DNA of 64,000 nucleotides from Microbotryum violaceum. Its lineage: Eukaryota. The stretch spans positions 3,239,591 to 3,303,590 of the forward strand of contig LN717261.1 in the NCBI GenBank assembly GCA_001244265.2, read 5' to 3'. This document shows, in pieces, positions 21,751-44,193 of this stretch. Each line of letters begins with the position of its first letter. Position 1 is the stretch's first letter. Both the position numbers and the translations under genes were made by a program. The notes under the pieces are model-generated. The model had not been told where the DNA came from. It made no database searches and saw nothing but the letters and a program-made list of their open reading frames with translations.

Positions 21751-21963
21751 CAGTCAAACCCGAGAAGTCTATATCGCCCCATCTTATACCTGGCAAAATT
21801 TATGGACTTTTCGATCTCCCGACTTTTTTGGCTGACAGAACCCTGTCCAGTCTTATACCTTATAATTTATGGGTTTACAGGTCAAATTATAAGATAAGAG
21901 AGAGCCGGAAATGAGCGATAGATCAGGAAATGGCCTCTCCTTCGACGTTCTTGTTGACGAGCC
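21751..21963 (+). mobile_element. Left end of a third pogo-like copy, truncated by the long-TIR element
   Basis: TA|CAGTCAAACCCGAGAAG start; aligns with 16465-16690. Confidence 0.85.
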
Positions 21964-23128
21964 GCCGGCCACGACACATGTAAGGATATATCCTTACACA
22001 TGAGTCAAGGTCAATACACAACCAAATCTGTTCATCTTGATATTGTAACATCAACATATAACTATTTCTGAATGGTGTCTGCAAGGACTACATGATAGCA
22101 TGTGTATTGCAAGACTTGTAGTGATTCAAAATTTCTGTGTCCTTACCGCACCTCCCGTATCCTTACCGCACCCTCGTATCCTTACATGTGTCGACATGTG
22201 TAAGGATACGCCCGCGCGCGCACGTGCAATGTGGAACGACAGGAGGCGCACTCAGCTCGAAGCCTTTGTTCACATTTGTTCACCTAATTGTCTCCACACC
22301 GCCCATCGACGTCAACACCATGGCACTGTTTGACTTTTGCGAACCAGCCAATTGCGACCTCCAGCTTTGTGCCAGCAGGCACGGACTCAAATCTTTCATC
22401 AATGAGATTGCGGAACCGCCAACTTCCCGACCGTGACGCCGGGCCCTGGGCTCGGACTCGTTCTGGAGCAGGAGACCGGCCCCAATGGCGGACTCCCAAG
22501 TCGAGATTCAAAGTACCAAGCATCAAACGCCAATCAACGGTAGGAACCAATCGTCGAATCAGGAAAGGAAACGGCCAGTCGGTCCCCGAGTCGGCAAACT
22601 CAGTACATCCTCAGGACGATTCTGGCGACCTTCAAGCTGAAGCATTGACCTGCACGGTGTCCGCACCGCGGCTATCGAAATCCCCGACTCCAACAGGAGA
22701 ATTTCCTATCACCGATCGTACAAGCGACTTGCCTAATCGCATCAAGTCCGCAGAGGACTGCGAGGAGAACTGTGACAATTATGTGGACGATAAGCACAAC
22801 GATCACAAGGACGACCGTGACAATGACTCACCTTGTTCCACTCGGCTCGGCCACGACACTCCCTTCCACCACACCATCTAGCAAGAGAAGTCAACAATGC
22901 CTCTCCTGTGCTCCCAGAACAGCGATCCCGGTTGGCCGTCGCTGCGCAGTCAAAGCAGTGTTGAGAGTGTGAATTCCGCTTCTACCCTCCAAGTCGGCTC
23001 GCTTTCACCTGCATTAGCTCCGAACCTCTCCCGTCTAAGCGTTTCACAACCCAAGGCTATTCCAAAGGACAGCTCCATTCTCCCCAAGCATCAAAATACG
23101 ACTCTTAAGCTTGAAGGTACGCCACATG

Positions 23129-23464
23129 TGTTGTCTGGATGGTAGGCCATCGGTAACGAGGCGAGGCGCGCGCCCGGAGGCTTGATTGGTTTTAAGGCAG
23201 TGGATTAGACTTAGTGTCTGAGTGGATTATAGTCTTGCGCGTGGGCCTATACCTTCCCAAAGCAGACTCCCTTGTTTATCTTTTCTTTAATCACTCGTTC
23301 CTCGACTATCGGTTCTGACACTGCGCTGCGTATTATCCTACCGCTGCCACCTATATAGGTTAGTTGCAATACTTCAATCACTTGTTCCTCAACTATCGGT
23401 TCTGACACTGCGCTGCGTATCATCCTACCGCTGCCACCTCTATAGGTGGTGCACTTTTACATCA
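23129..23464 (+). mobile_element. Solo LTR, family D (336 bp), inside an intron of the cargo gene
   Basis: TG...CA ends, imperfect TSD ACATG/ACATA, and the same two-unit GTTAGT architecture as the A and B LTRs. Confidence 0.75.
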
Positions 23465-24360
23465 ACATACGCTCTCCCAGCCTGCTTAACAAACGGCTTC
23501 ACTGAAAATTGATATTGTCCGCTTGCCTTTCTTAGTGTTGATGGTCAACTCTGAGGTTTCCTTGAAACCTCTCTTGGCGACTAACGTGCCGATAATATTT
23601 ACGCTGTTGGTGTCCATCAACTTCACGGAGACAGGTCATTGTTTCGTCTATCTACGAGATATTTTGGAAGAGGTTGCTGAGCTAACTGGCCTGGCTCTCC
23701 AAGGTATGCAAGACAAGATTAGATCGGTTCCCAAGCAATGTTGACAGGCCACTCAGCCAGTTACCAACCGTTTAATTCGGCGACTTATCTGTGCCTTTGT
23801 ACAGAGGACTCCTGCTTCGACTACTGGGTGGTCGACGACGCGGCTACGTCATCTACTCATTCGACTCCATGTCTTGCCTCCTGCCGGTACGACCAACTCG
23901 CAGCATTTACTTCTGCGACCGACTCTTCGGACAAGGTTCTCGGGTTGACCGGCTTCGTACTCGACATCGACTCGTTGCCAGCAGAAGCAACCATTACCTT
24001 GAGAGTGCGTATAGCTTCATGAGTTGACGGATTCTACGTCGTTGAGCTTTAGTCGCTGAGCTGACTCTTGATTGCAAATGTCACAGGTCTACGAGCACAT
24101 CAAGGCTCGACTCCCATTCGTAAATATCACTACAAGACCTCAAGGCCGGGTAGATGCCCCTGTTCCAAGCGGCGCACCTTCTGCTTCCAAGCACGACTTG
24201 CTTGTCAGGGAAAAGCGTGAAGCATCTCCAAGCGACAGGATCTCCGGCAATCTACGTCCGAACACCGAACCAGATTCAATGGATGACAAGCTCGTCAACA
24301 GTGAAGATTATGCGAATTTACCAACATATAGTGAAGGAAGGACAGCGATGACGGACCTGA

Positions 24361-24657
<297 letters not shown>

Positions 24658-24753
24658 TAGTCGCTCTGTTACAGTCGATTGACCTTTAGCGACCCACTAT
24701 CTCACAATAGGTCATCTATCGACGTCACGTAACTAGAGACGCTCCTACAATAA

Positions 24754-34083
<9,330 letters not shown>

Positions 34084-34086
34084 TAG

Positions 34087-34251
<165 letters not shown>

Positions 34252-37200
34252 TAGTCGCTCTGTTACAGTCGATTGACCTTTAGCGACCCACTATCTCACA
34301 ATAGGTCATCTATCGACGCCACGTAACTAGAGACGCTCCTACAACAACACAAGTCACGCAATCGGGTACCTTCATCCTACGTCAGTGACGCCAACATGCC
34401 TGAGCCTTCGATCTCGTTCGCTGCACCTGCTCGTCTAGCTGGCATCGGGTTTTCTGAGTCACCACAAGGACCTTCAGACCTGTCAAAGGGTCCTGCAACA
34501 CCACCACCGAGCGAATCAACCAAATTACCTCCTTCCACGTCAAATCGTTCCCGGCAGCAACCAAAGAACCGGTCAAGGCAGGGCAATGGGCCCACTGCGC
34601 AGTCGATGGCCTCCAAAAAGGGCTCAAGACGTGTTGATTACCCCCACAAGCGCAAGATTCCTGACCCGCCGTCTGACGAGCCGAGGCCATTCTCCCGACG
34701 GATCGCTCCATCAAGCTCCATCAAACGTCCAATTCCAAATCGAAAGGTAGTCCTCCCCGCTCAGATTTCAGCGGCCCATCGCGACGAGCTCCCCGTTGTC
34801 CCTATGGCTGTGAGGGCGCTCAATGAAGAAACGGAGTTGTCCCAAATACGTACGCCTCCGCCCCAGACTGTTGACTGAGTGCAGAGGCGCTGAGGCCTGG
34901 CTGACGGAAATCCTGCTCTGATTTATCCTCCCTCTCACAGTTCTTGCGCAGCACAATGCACGAAATCTGGAAGCCCCCAGTGGTCGAAAATACCGGATAC
35001 CTCGAAAACGATTGGACTTCCTCTTGTCGGAACCTGAATCACAATCGGAGGCAAAGAGGACATGTACGTCCGTATTCGACATTCCCCTGTCCATGGTTGC
35101 ATCCAAGTCGGAGTTGGCGCCATCGAAATCTGCAAGAAAGGCAGAAATCGCCACGCCAAAACCTGCTTCGACGTCGACGTCACTCGAGCGCACCAGTGAC
35201 AAGCTCCCAGAGGACTCTAGATCTGCACCAAGGGTAAAATTCGCTCCGCCCAAAACATCGACGTCGACATCGCTCGGTAGCACGATTGTGCAGCTCCACG
35301 CAGACTTCTGGCTTCGATCAGGTGAAGACGGGCCAGTCGTCATTATCCAAGGCCCGTGGAGCGATAATTCTTGCTGGATTGACTCAACGCTTATCGCATT
35401 GCTCTCGGTCGCCAACGGATTGGAACCATGGCTGCAGTGTCTGGATATCCTTAACACCCATACGGCCTACGTGATTCCTCCACTTGGCAATGAGATGGTG
35501 TTGAGGCCCCGCCCTCGATATTTGGCACTCGAGCTATGGGATGCGATTCGCGAATACACAGCATTGGCTCGAAAGTTTGATATGAAACCGGCGGCGAACG
35601 CCATTGATGCATACACACAATTACGAGAACGGATGATTTCCACTGTGGTTGGGATGTCGAAAGAGCGCGGAAGCCATTTCACAACTCCATTTAAGCGGGG
35701 GAGTTATAGTAGCCCAGTAGTCAGTCAATCACTTAGCGAACCCCGCCCTCCCAAGACGTTTAAAACTGGACGCTAATCATCACTTTTTTCGGCAGACCTG
35801 GCTCGAGACACTTCACTCGTTCACCGTCGATCATCCGGTTCTGCCAAGCGCTGTCACGTTGAATGATCCCGACCGAACTCTCGTCGAATTACATCTTCAA
35901 CGAGCCGGGTATTGCACTGCCTGCAACTGCATTCAGATTGAGGTGTCCCCAAAGACGACAGTTTGTGGTTGACTGGCCCCTTCTCATCTCAAGTCTCCAC
36001 CTGCCTTCGCATTCGCTGGAAACGTTGTCGGACGTCCTCGCCTCAATCGTTGGGCAACCGTTGAAATTGTACACAGAGGCAAAGAACTCAGGCCGTCGGC
36101 ATCACAAGCGCAATTGCCCCGGAGGCTCTTACGTGCAATTCGTTTCAATCACCTCGCTCCCCCGTGTTATTGTGATCAACATCAACAATATTCACCCGGA
36201 ACATTCACTGGCCCCAGCTGAGCTACGCTTCGGTGTTTCGGACCAAATGCCAGAGATGGTCTGGCGCCTTCGGTCAGGAGTGTACAACATCAACAATTCA
36301 CATTTCGTTACGAACGCGACGGTTGGATACGGGCAAGAGGCCGCATGCTATCATTTCGACGCAATCAAAGGCTCTCTCGCTAGGCCGATAGGGGACAGGA
36401 ACGCTGGCGGATTAGTTTCCGTTCTTTTCTACGAGCTAGAAGAGGAGTCATTGAAATTCTTACAAGCCTTCAACCTAATGCTAACGCGGCAGTGGCACGA
36501 AATGTGGAGTCTATACCATGAGCCCTCCGATCCTACCGATATTGGCATTAAAGTGTCAAGTCTACCACCCAAAGGGACTCTTGAAGAAGGACAAGGTGTC
36601 TGGAAGATGGAAGATGCGTCGGCTTTTTTTCATGAATGCGAATAGTGAGTGTCGGGAACGCCAAAAAAGCAGATCAATAGAGCTGACGATGCTCTCCTCT
36701 TACAATGATTTCCAGAGGTGCAGTGCTCCTGGAGGAAATCACAGTGGGAACATTCATGTTGATGGCAAGTTTGACTCACAAAGTTGTGCCCAAGTAGTCC
36801 AGTGAAGTTTTGGCCTTGTCAATCACTAATGTAGTGTTACAGTAGGGGCTATGATAGCGGTCAGCAATAGTATGTATAACTAAACTTAGTGCAAAAATGG
36901 GCATGGCGATACTTTGACAACCACTGGTGTGCGGAAAGAGTCAATTATTCACCAGCAGCAGCCAGTGCTCTTTGCGCGCGAGCGTATCCTTACGCATGTC
37001 ACGTGCGCGCGCGGGCGTATCCTTACACATGTCGACACATGTAAGGATACGAGGGTGCGGTAAGGATACGGGAGGTGCGGTAAGGACACAGAAATTTTGA
37101 ATCACTACAAGTCTTGCAATACACATGCTATCATGTAGTCCTTGCAGACACCATTCAGAAATAGTTATATGTTGATGTTACAATATCAAGATGAACAGAT

Positions 37201-37649
37201 TTGGTTGTGTATTGACCTTGACTCATGTGTAAGGATATATCCTTACATGTGTCATGGCCGGCCGTCAACCGCAATTCGGCAACTTCGCAGCTCCATTGTT
37301 GACCTGAAAATCTGATCTGTCTGACTCCTCGCGAAAGAAATCGAGACGACTGCCACGCCAAACAACTGCTACAGTAAGTCGGGTCTGAAACGTGCGGCGG
37401 CGCGGTCCTGACTGATACGCGTCGAACAATTAAGTGGTCACGACGCGACCTTACGCGATTGGCTACTACCGGCGCCTGCCTATCTTGAGCATATAGCGCA
37501 AGAGAAGAGCGATGTGCTGTGTCGTGTTTTATAGCACGTGACTTTCTAGCCGCAGGAGTGTCCACAATCCTCAATAATGATAACATCTTCAGGGGAGTAG
37601 AAGGCTAATCATTCAAAACCTGCATAAGTGCGACTCGGCTGAGTGTGGC

Positions 37650-37951
37650 GAGATGGGTCCGCACTCGGCCGGATGGGTCGGTAAAGTGCGGACCGCAGAC
37701 CGCCATGTGCGGACACTTGACCAACACATGTCCGCACATGAGGCTGCGGTCCGCACATGAGGCTGCGGTCCGCACATGAGAATTTAAAGTCATCATAAGT
37801 CTTGCAGCACATATCGTATCATGTTCTTCTTGCAGGTTCAACCTCAAAATACTTATATATTTGTCCTACGACATTCAAAAAGATACGATATCGTCATGCA
37901 TTGACCCATAATCAAGTGTCCGCACACGTGCGGACATTTGCACAACCTCTG
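37650..37951. mobile_element. Orphan right-hand TIR of a sister DNA-transposon family
   Basis: Aligns by eye with 37000-37261 (AAGTCTTGCA...TATCATGT...CTTGCAG...TTATAT...ATTGACC) but uses TCCGCAC/GTGCGGA motifs, including a 19-bp tandem at 37731-37780. Confidence 0.65.
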
Positions 37952-37957
37952 CGGAGT

Positions 37958-40900
37958 GGCGGATTTGGCACCCGTTTCTGGCTGTGCACTTCCACTGCGG
38001 GGCTTGCCCACAACGGAGACAAAGCTCTCCTCTCCTTCGTTGAATAGATTTGTCACAGTACCTTTGGACAAGTGATATTTCCTTTCCTTTATTTTTTGGC
38101 TTTAAGAGAACTTTGCCGGCTTGGATCATCCTGAAACGACCCGAACACGTCAGAGACGGAGTCGATTGCGAGCAGTTCTCGCGACCTTTCAGAGATCACA
38201 CCCTTAAGTCTGCCTGCCGTTAACCTGATCGATTACCCGAGGTAACTTGTCGTCGAGGCTCCAAAGTCCGGAACTTGGGTGCTGTTAAGTCCATGGCGTC
38301 CATGCGTCCCGGTTCCGGGGACCACCAGTGCCCCATCCAAGATCCGAGGCCGGGGGGGGGGGGGGGCTCCATGCGCCGCGACGTATTGCGTGGCGCCATC
38401 CTGAACACCCCGCAGATTGATCGTGCAAGGGGTGAGAAGGGGACGTTGAGTCTCATATCGAGTGATAGTCTATGAGCAGGTCAGGCGCAAATGATTTGAG
38501 ATAGTTGTGTCTAACCTTGCACGGTCAATACTAATAGTGTCTTTTCTGACACCCAGTGGCAGCTGACTCCGGAAATTGTGATCCGCAGTCGATTCCGGGA
38601 CGACTCGCACTGTGCTCATCGGGAGTTCTTCTCCGGTCGTTAACGGATTTGGAATCACAGCAATTCCGAACTTGATTGATTGCCGCCTTACAAAGGTCTG
38701 CCTTCAAGACATCGAATCCTTCCTCATTCTACTCCCCTCCCCCTCTATCGCGTGCAGCTTCAGTGCTACAGCGTTCGAACATCATCTTGACTCACTCACT
38801 GCTTCCCATGTCATTTTAAATTGATCGAATAGATTTGCTTCGCAGACTCGGTCCCTGAAAATATTTGATCCTCCTCGTTTTTCTTCGACCGAAGAGCAAG
38901 CTTCTTCGCCACATTGCTTGAACTCGAAGGAGGGTCCTTGCGACCCGTCACTGACGGGGATGCATTCTTCATTGTTGAGCGCGAACGCGCTTCGGAGAGA
39001 ATTTGGTGACGGGCGTTAACTTGGGAGAGAGGGAAGAAGGAGTTAAATTCCAGGGTTGAGTTAGGCAATGAAAGGTGTGAATTGTGGGTACTTACGAGCG
39101 TGAAGGATGCAGACCGTGTAGAGGGCCCCGAGGATGACGGTGCAAAAATTCCATGACTATCGTACGGAACTCCAAATAGTGTGCCAGTTCAGAATACTAG
39201 GAGCGGTAGCGAGAATCGCGCACTATCGGTAATCTCGGGTGGAAAGTTGAAAGTTTACTCACGCTTCCAGAGCGATTGCTGATCTCCAAAATCGCCATTC
39301 CGGCCGAGACGATTGCAGGTGGCATGCAAGTCGTGACTGCAAGTGATGCGAGACGAATAAGCATGTAGTCGAGGCTGTGGAATGGAATCGTGAGACGTGA
39401 CGTGAGCTTCTGGGGTTGAAGATTTAATCGATATCAATCCCGAACAGAGAGACGTACCGGTGACCGACGGCTTTCTTCCTCGTCTGAAGTGAGTAATACG
39501 CGAATGTGGCGGAGAGGTAGACATCTGTGATCTGCGGCAAGAGATCGGAAAAGTTCGAACTATCAGTAGTTTTCATATCCAACGGCAAGTGTGCCACTCA
39601 CACAGAGACAGAAAGCCCAGGCTGGGAGCCAAACTCTCTCTCTTCCCGGGATCCCTTTTTTCCCTAGGATACGCTCGACTACAAGAACATGGCGCGGGGT
39701 GAGCCGCTGTCCCTCTACAGGCGCTTGCATGTGTCTGGATAGCTTACCCGCATTCGCGGCAAATAAGATGTAGGAAATGAGCGAAGAGAGTGTGCCCAAG
39801 AGTCCCAAAAGCGTGGGAAGGATGCCTTTCAAGGAGGCCTACAGTGTCGAAGGAACGCGAGTGATTAAGATCGGAAAAATAACAAGGTTACTGGGAGGGA
39901 GCACTTACGACCCAAAGACGATAACAAAGATAGCATTGAGCAGCGATGAGAGGGATGTCGTTCAGGACGATGGCGGCTCGGTCGGTCCAGGGAAAGGGGG
40001 GCGGGGTTCGTTTGCCGTAGCGGGCGAAGAGGCACTGCCAAACGCCGAAGTCGAGGAGCATGGATCAATTAGGGGCATCATTGTGGATTCGGAGGGGAAG
40101 ACGTACTGTAGCATAGACGGTCTTGAGATTGCAGAGTGACTTAACGCTCAGAACCGACACGACGAAAATGAGGAGTACTCTGTCGGAATTCACCACCGCC
40201 ACAGTCCAGAGCGTGAGCTCCGTGTATACTACGAGCCGAGGCGCGGAAGCTCGACGAAGTTGCTCACTTGAAATAAATCGGATCTTTCGAGCCGCGTCGG
40301 AAGTACCACGTTGTTTGAGCCGCAACCATTCCAAGGAGGAAAGTTTGGAAAAAGATGCCGACTACGAAGGCGCCTGGCGAGATAACGGTAAGGTCATGGT
40401 GCATGTTCGGTCAGTCTGTCTGCACCGGAAACTTCCCGCGGGTTTCGTCCTCTGTCTCGCGATCGTCGACATCCAGTTGTACCCGGACCAGCTTGCGCAT
40501 GATGATGTGTACTCACCTCGTTCATGCTCCATAGCGCCCATCATCCGTTTAACTCCCGCGCCCGAAGGTTGCACAAGGAAAGCCATAGTCGCCACGTTGC
40601 GCTTGTCGTTGCGAGACAGCGGAGTTTAACCCCGGCCCCGTTGTCCTTGGGTCGAAAGGCGCAGAGAAGCGCCGAGACGGAGCTGTTTTGGAAAGGGCTC
40701 AAACCGGGATCAATACAGATGGGCAGGGCTGTTTACTGTAACCAATGAGATCGTGGTAGGCCCACAAACCCAAGGAGGAAGAGATGCGCTGGGAGCTTCC
40801 TTTGAACGGAAAGGCCGATTTCCCTATTTTATTTTGATTTCCGCTGCACCTTCGCATCCGTCGACTCTTCCGCGGACGGTTTCACGAAAGCCGGTGGCGA

Positions 40901-41095
40901 TCGGAAAGGAGTCGATTGCTTGCTCAGGGGCTCATGAATGTTCCTCGCCGAGACATTATGAGCAGAAATTTAGAACTCAAGTCTCGAAGCTGAGACCGAC
41001 CCATTTCCGCCATTTTGTTAGGCACATACTGGCAAGCGGGATGTGGCCTGGTGCATTCAGGAATAATTGGGCCTATCGAGCGCGACATGTTTCAG
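37958..41095 (-). repeat. Dispersed repeat R, copy 3
   Basis: Colinear with 13339-16260. Confidence 0.85.
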
Positions 41096-41099
41096 GTGT

Positions 41100-43860
41100 G
41101 TAGGTCCATGCCGTCCGTGAGTCCCGGTTCCGGGGACCACTGCCGCATGCAACATCCGAGGCCCGGGGGGGGGGGCTTGCACCGCGACGTATTGCGTGGC
41201 GCCATCCTGAACACCCCGCAGATTGGATCGTGCAAGGGGTGAGAAGGGAACGTTAAGTCTCATATTGGGTGAAAATCTATGAGTTGGTCAGGCTCAAACG
41301 ATTTGTGAAAATCGTATTTGACCTTGCACGGTCAATACTAATAGTGTCTTTTCTGACACCCAGTGGCAGCTGACTCCGGAAATTGTGATCCGCAGTCGAT
41401 TCCGGAACGACTCGCACTGTGCTCATCGGGAGTTCTTCTCCGGTCGTTAACGGATTTGGAATCACAGCAATTCCGAACTTGATTGATTGCCGCCTTACAA
41501 AGGTCTGCCTTCAAGACATCGAATCCTTCCTCATTCTACTCCCCTCCCCCTCTATCGCGTGCAGCTTCAGTGCTACAGCGTTCGAACATCATCTTGACTC
41601 GCAGCGCGCTCACTGCTTCCCATGTCATTGTAAATCGATCGAATAAATTTGCGTCGCAGACTGGGTGCCTGAAAATGTTTGATCCGCCTCGTTTTTCTTC
41701 GACAGAAGAGCAAGCTTCTTCGTTGCAATGCTGGAATTTGAAGAGGGGTCCTTGCGACCCGTCACGGAGGGAGATGTGGTCTTCATTGTCGAGCGCGAAC
41801 GCGCTTTGGCGAGAATATGGTCACGGGCGTTGACTTGTGAGAGAGGAAAAGGGATCAGATGTTAGGTATTAGGGTGGAGTTTGGTAGTGGAAGGGGTGAG
41901 TTAGGGGTGCTTACGAGCGTGGAGGATGCAGACCGTGTAGAGGGCCCCGAGGATGACGGTGCAGAAATTCCATGACTATCGAGTGAAGCAGCGTGCCAAT
42001 TCAGAATCCTAGGAGCGGTGGCGAAACTCGATCACCATTCGAAATCTCGGGTGAAAACTTTACTCACCCGTCCCGAGGGATTGATGATCTCCAAAATCGC
42101 CATCCCGGCCGAGACGATCGCAGGGGGAATGCAAGTCGTGACTGCAAGTGATGCGAGGCGTCTGAGCATGTAGTCGAGGCTGTGGAGTATCGTGAGACGT
42201 GACGTCAGCATCTGGCAGTAGATATCGAACAGGGTGACATACCGGTCACCGACGGCTTTCTTTCTTGTCTGAAGCGAATAATACGCGATTGTGGCGGAGA
42301 GATAGACATCCGTGATCTGCGGCAGGAAAATCGAAATCTCGCCCTGTCAGTAGTTGCCAAAACCGACCGCGGGTGTGCCGCTCACGCAGAGACAGAAAGC
42401 CCAGGCTGGGAGCCAGGCTGAACCCATACCGGGCCCGATCCCTGTCTTCCCTAGGCTATGCGCGACTACAAGAACATCACAAGGGGGTGAGCCGCTGTCC
42501 CTCTGCAGGCGATTGTATGCGGCTGTATAGCTTACCCACATTCGCGGCAAAGATGGTGAAAGAAATAACCGAAGAGAGTGTACCCAAGAGTGGCAGAAGC
42601 GTGGGAAGGACGCGTTTCAAGGAAACCTAGTGTCGAAAGAAAGCCAGTGATTAAGATTGTAAAAGAACCAGTTCACCAGTGGAAGAGAGCACTTACAACC
42701 CAAAGACGATAACAAAGATAGCATTGAGCAGCGATGAGAGGGATGTCGTTCAGGACGATCGCGGCTCGGTCGGTCCAGGGAAATGGGGGCGGGGTTCGTT
42801 TGCCGTAGCGGGCGAAGAGGCACTGACAAACGCCGGGGTCGAGGAGCATGGATTAGCTAGGGGCATCATCGAGAACTCGGAGGGAAGACGTACTGTAGCA
42901 TAGACGGTCTTGAGATTGCAGAGTGACTTAACGCTCAGAACAGACACGACAAAAATGAGGAGTACTCTGTCGGAATTCACCACCGCCACAGTCCAAAGCT
43001 TGAGCTCCGTGTCTATTACGAGCCGAGGCGCGGAAGCTCGACGAAGTTGCTCACTTGAAATAAATCGGATCTTTCGAGCCGCGTCGGAAGTACCATGTTG
43101 TTTGAGCCGCAACCATTCCAAGGAGGAAAGTTTGGAAAAAGATGCCGACTACGAAGGCGCCTGGCGAGATAACGGTAATAAGGAGATGGAGCGTGTTCGG
43201 TCAGTCTGTCCCGGTCAGTCTGCCGGCAACGGAAACCCTACGGTTTTCGTTCTTCGTCTCGCGATCGTCGACATCCAGTTGTACCCGGACCAGCTTGCGC
43301 ATGAGGATGTGTACTCACCTCGTTCATGCTCCATAGCGCCCATCATCCCTCTCACTCCCGCGCCCGAAGGTTGCAAAAGGAAAGCCATAGTCGCCACGTT
43401 GCGCTTGGTCGTTGCGACAGGGGGGTTTAATGCCGTTGTCCTTGGGTCGAAAGGGCGCGGGCAAGTACCGATCCGGAGCTGTTCTGGATAGGGCACAAGG
43501 GGGAGCAATGTAGATGGCGCGGGCTGTCTACTTTAACCAATGAGATCGTGGTAGGTCCACAAAGCCGAGGAGGGAGAGAAAGGGTGGGCTGGGAGGTCGG
43601 CTTGAAGAAGGCGGATTCCCTGATTTTATTTGATTTCCGTTGCACCGTCACATCCGTCGACTCTTCCGCCGACGGTTTTTACGAAAGCCGGTTGGACAGG
43701 AGTCGATTGCTTACTCAGGGGCCCATAAATGTTCGGCGCCGAGACGGACTGAACAAGAATAGGTGGAACTGCGCCATTTCCGTCCATTTGAATGAATTTT
43801 GGCCAGCGGGGTGTACCTTAAAGCGCATTAGGATATGTTTGGGCCGACTTGTCTCAGGTA
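41100..43860 (-). repeat. Dispersed repeat R, copy 4 (more diverged; tandem with copy 3)
   Basis: Colinear with 38285-41095. Confidence 0.8.
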
Positions 43861-44193
43861 GCAGTTACCCTGGAGTCTCGGATGTCGGGAGGTTCTACCA
43901 GTGCCCATCCTCGTGCAGTGGAAGGCGAAGGGGGTGGAAGATGAGCTCTACCAGGGTACAATATGAATTTCAGTGACCATGTGTCCCTTTCCTAGCCTCG
44001 TTGTAACACGTACCACTACCTATCGAAGCAAATTGCAGTGTCCTATTTTTCGTACGGGTGTCACTAGGTCTGCTTGGGGAGGTGCGTCTCCGGAAGCTGC
44101 CGTCGCACGAAGATTTGACCCACATTTCGAGTCTTTTGAAAGGTATAGAAAGATATAGGGTCACTCTTTTGAGTTGGGATACATGCAAGCAAT

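Noticed and set aside
37731-37780. 19-bp tandem repeat as a CRISPR-like array
   Set aside because: No spacers and a eukaryotic context; these are subterminal transposon repeats.
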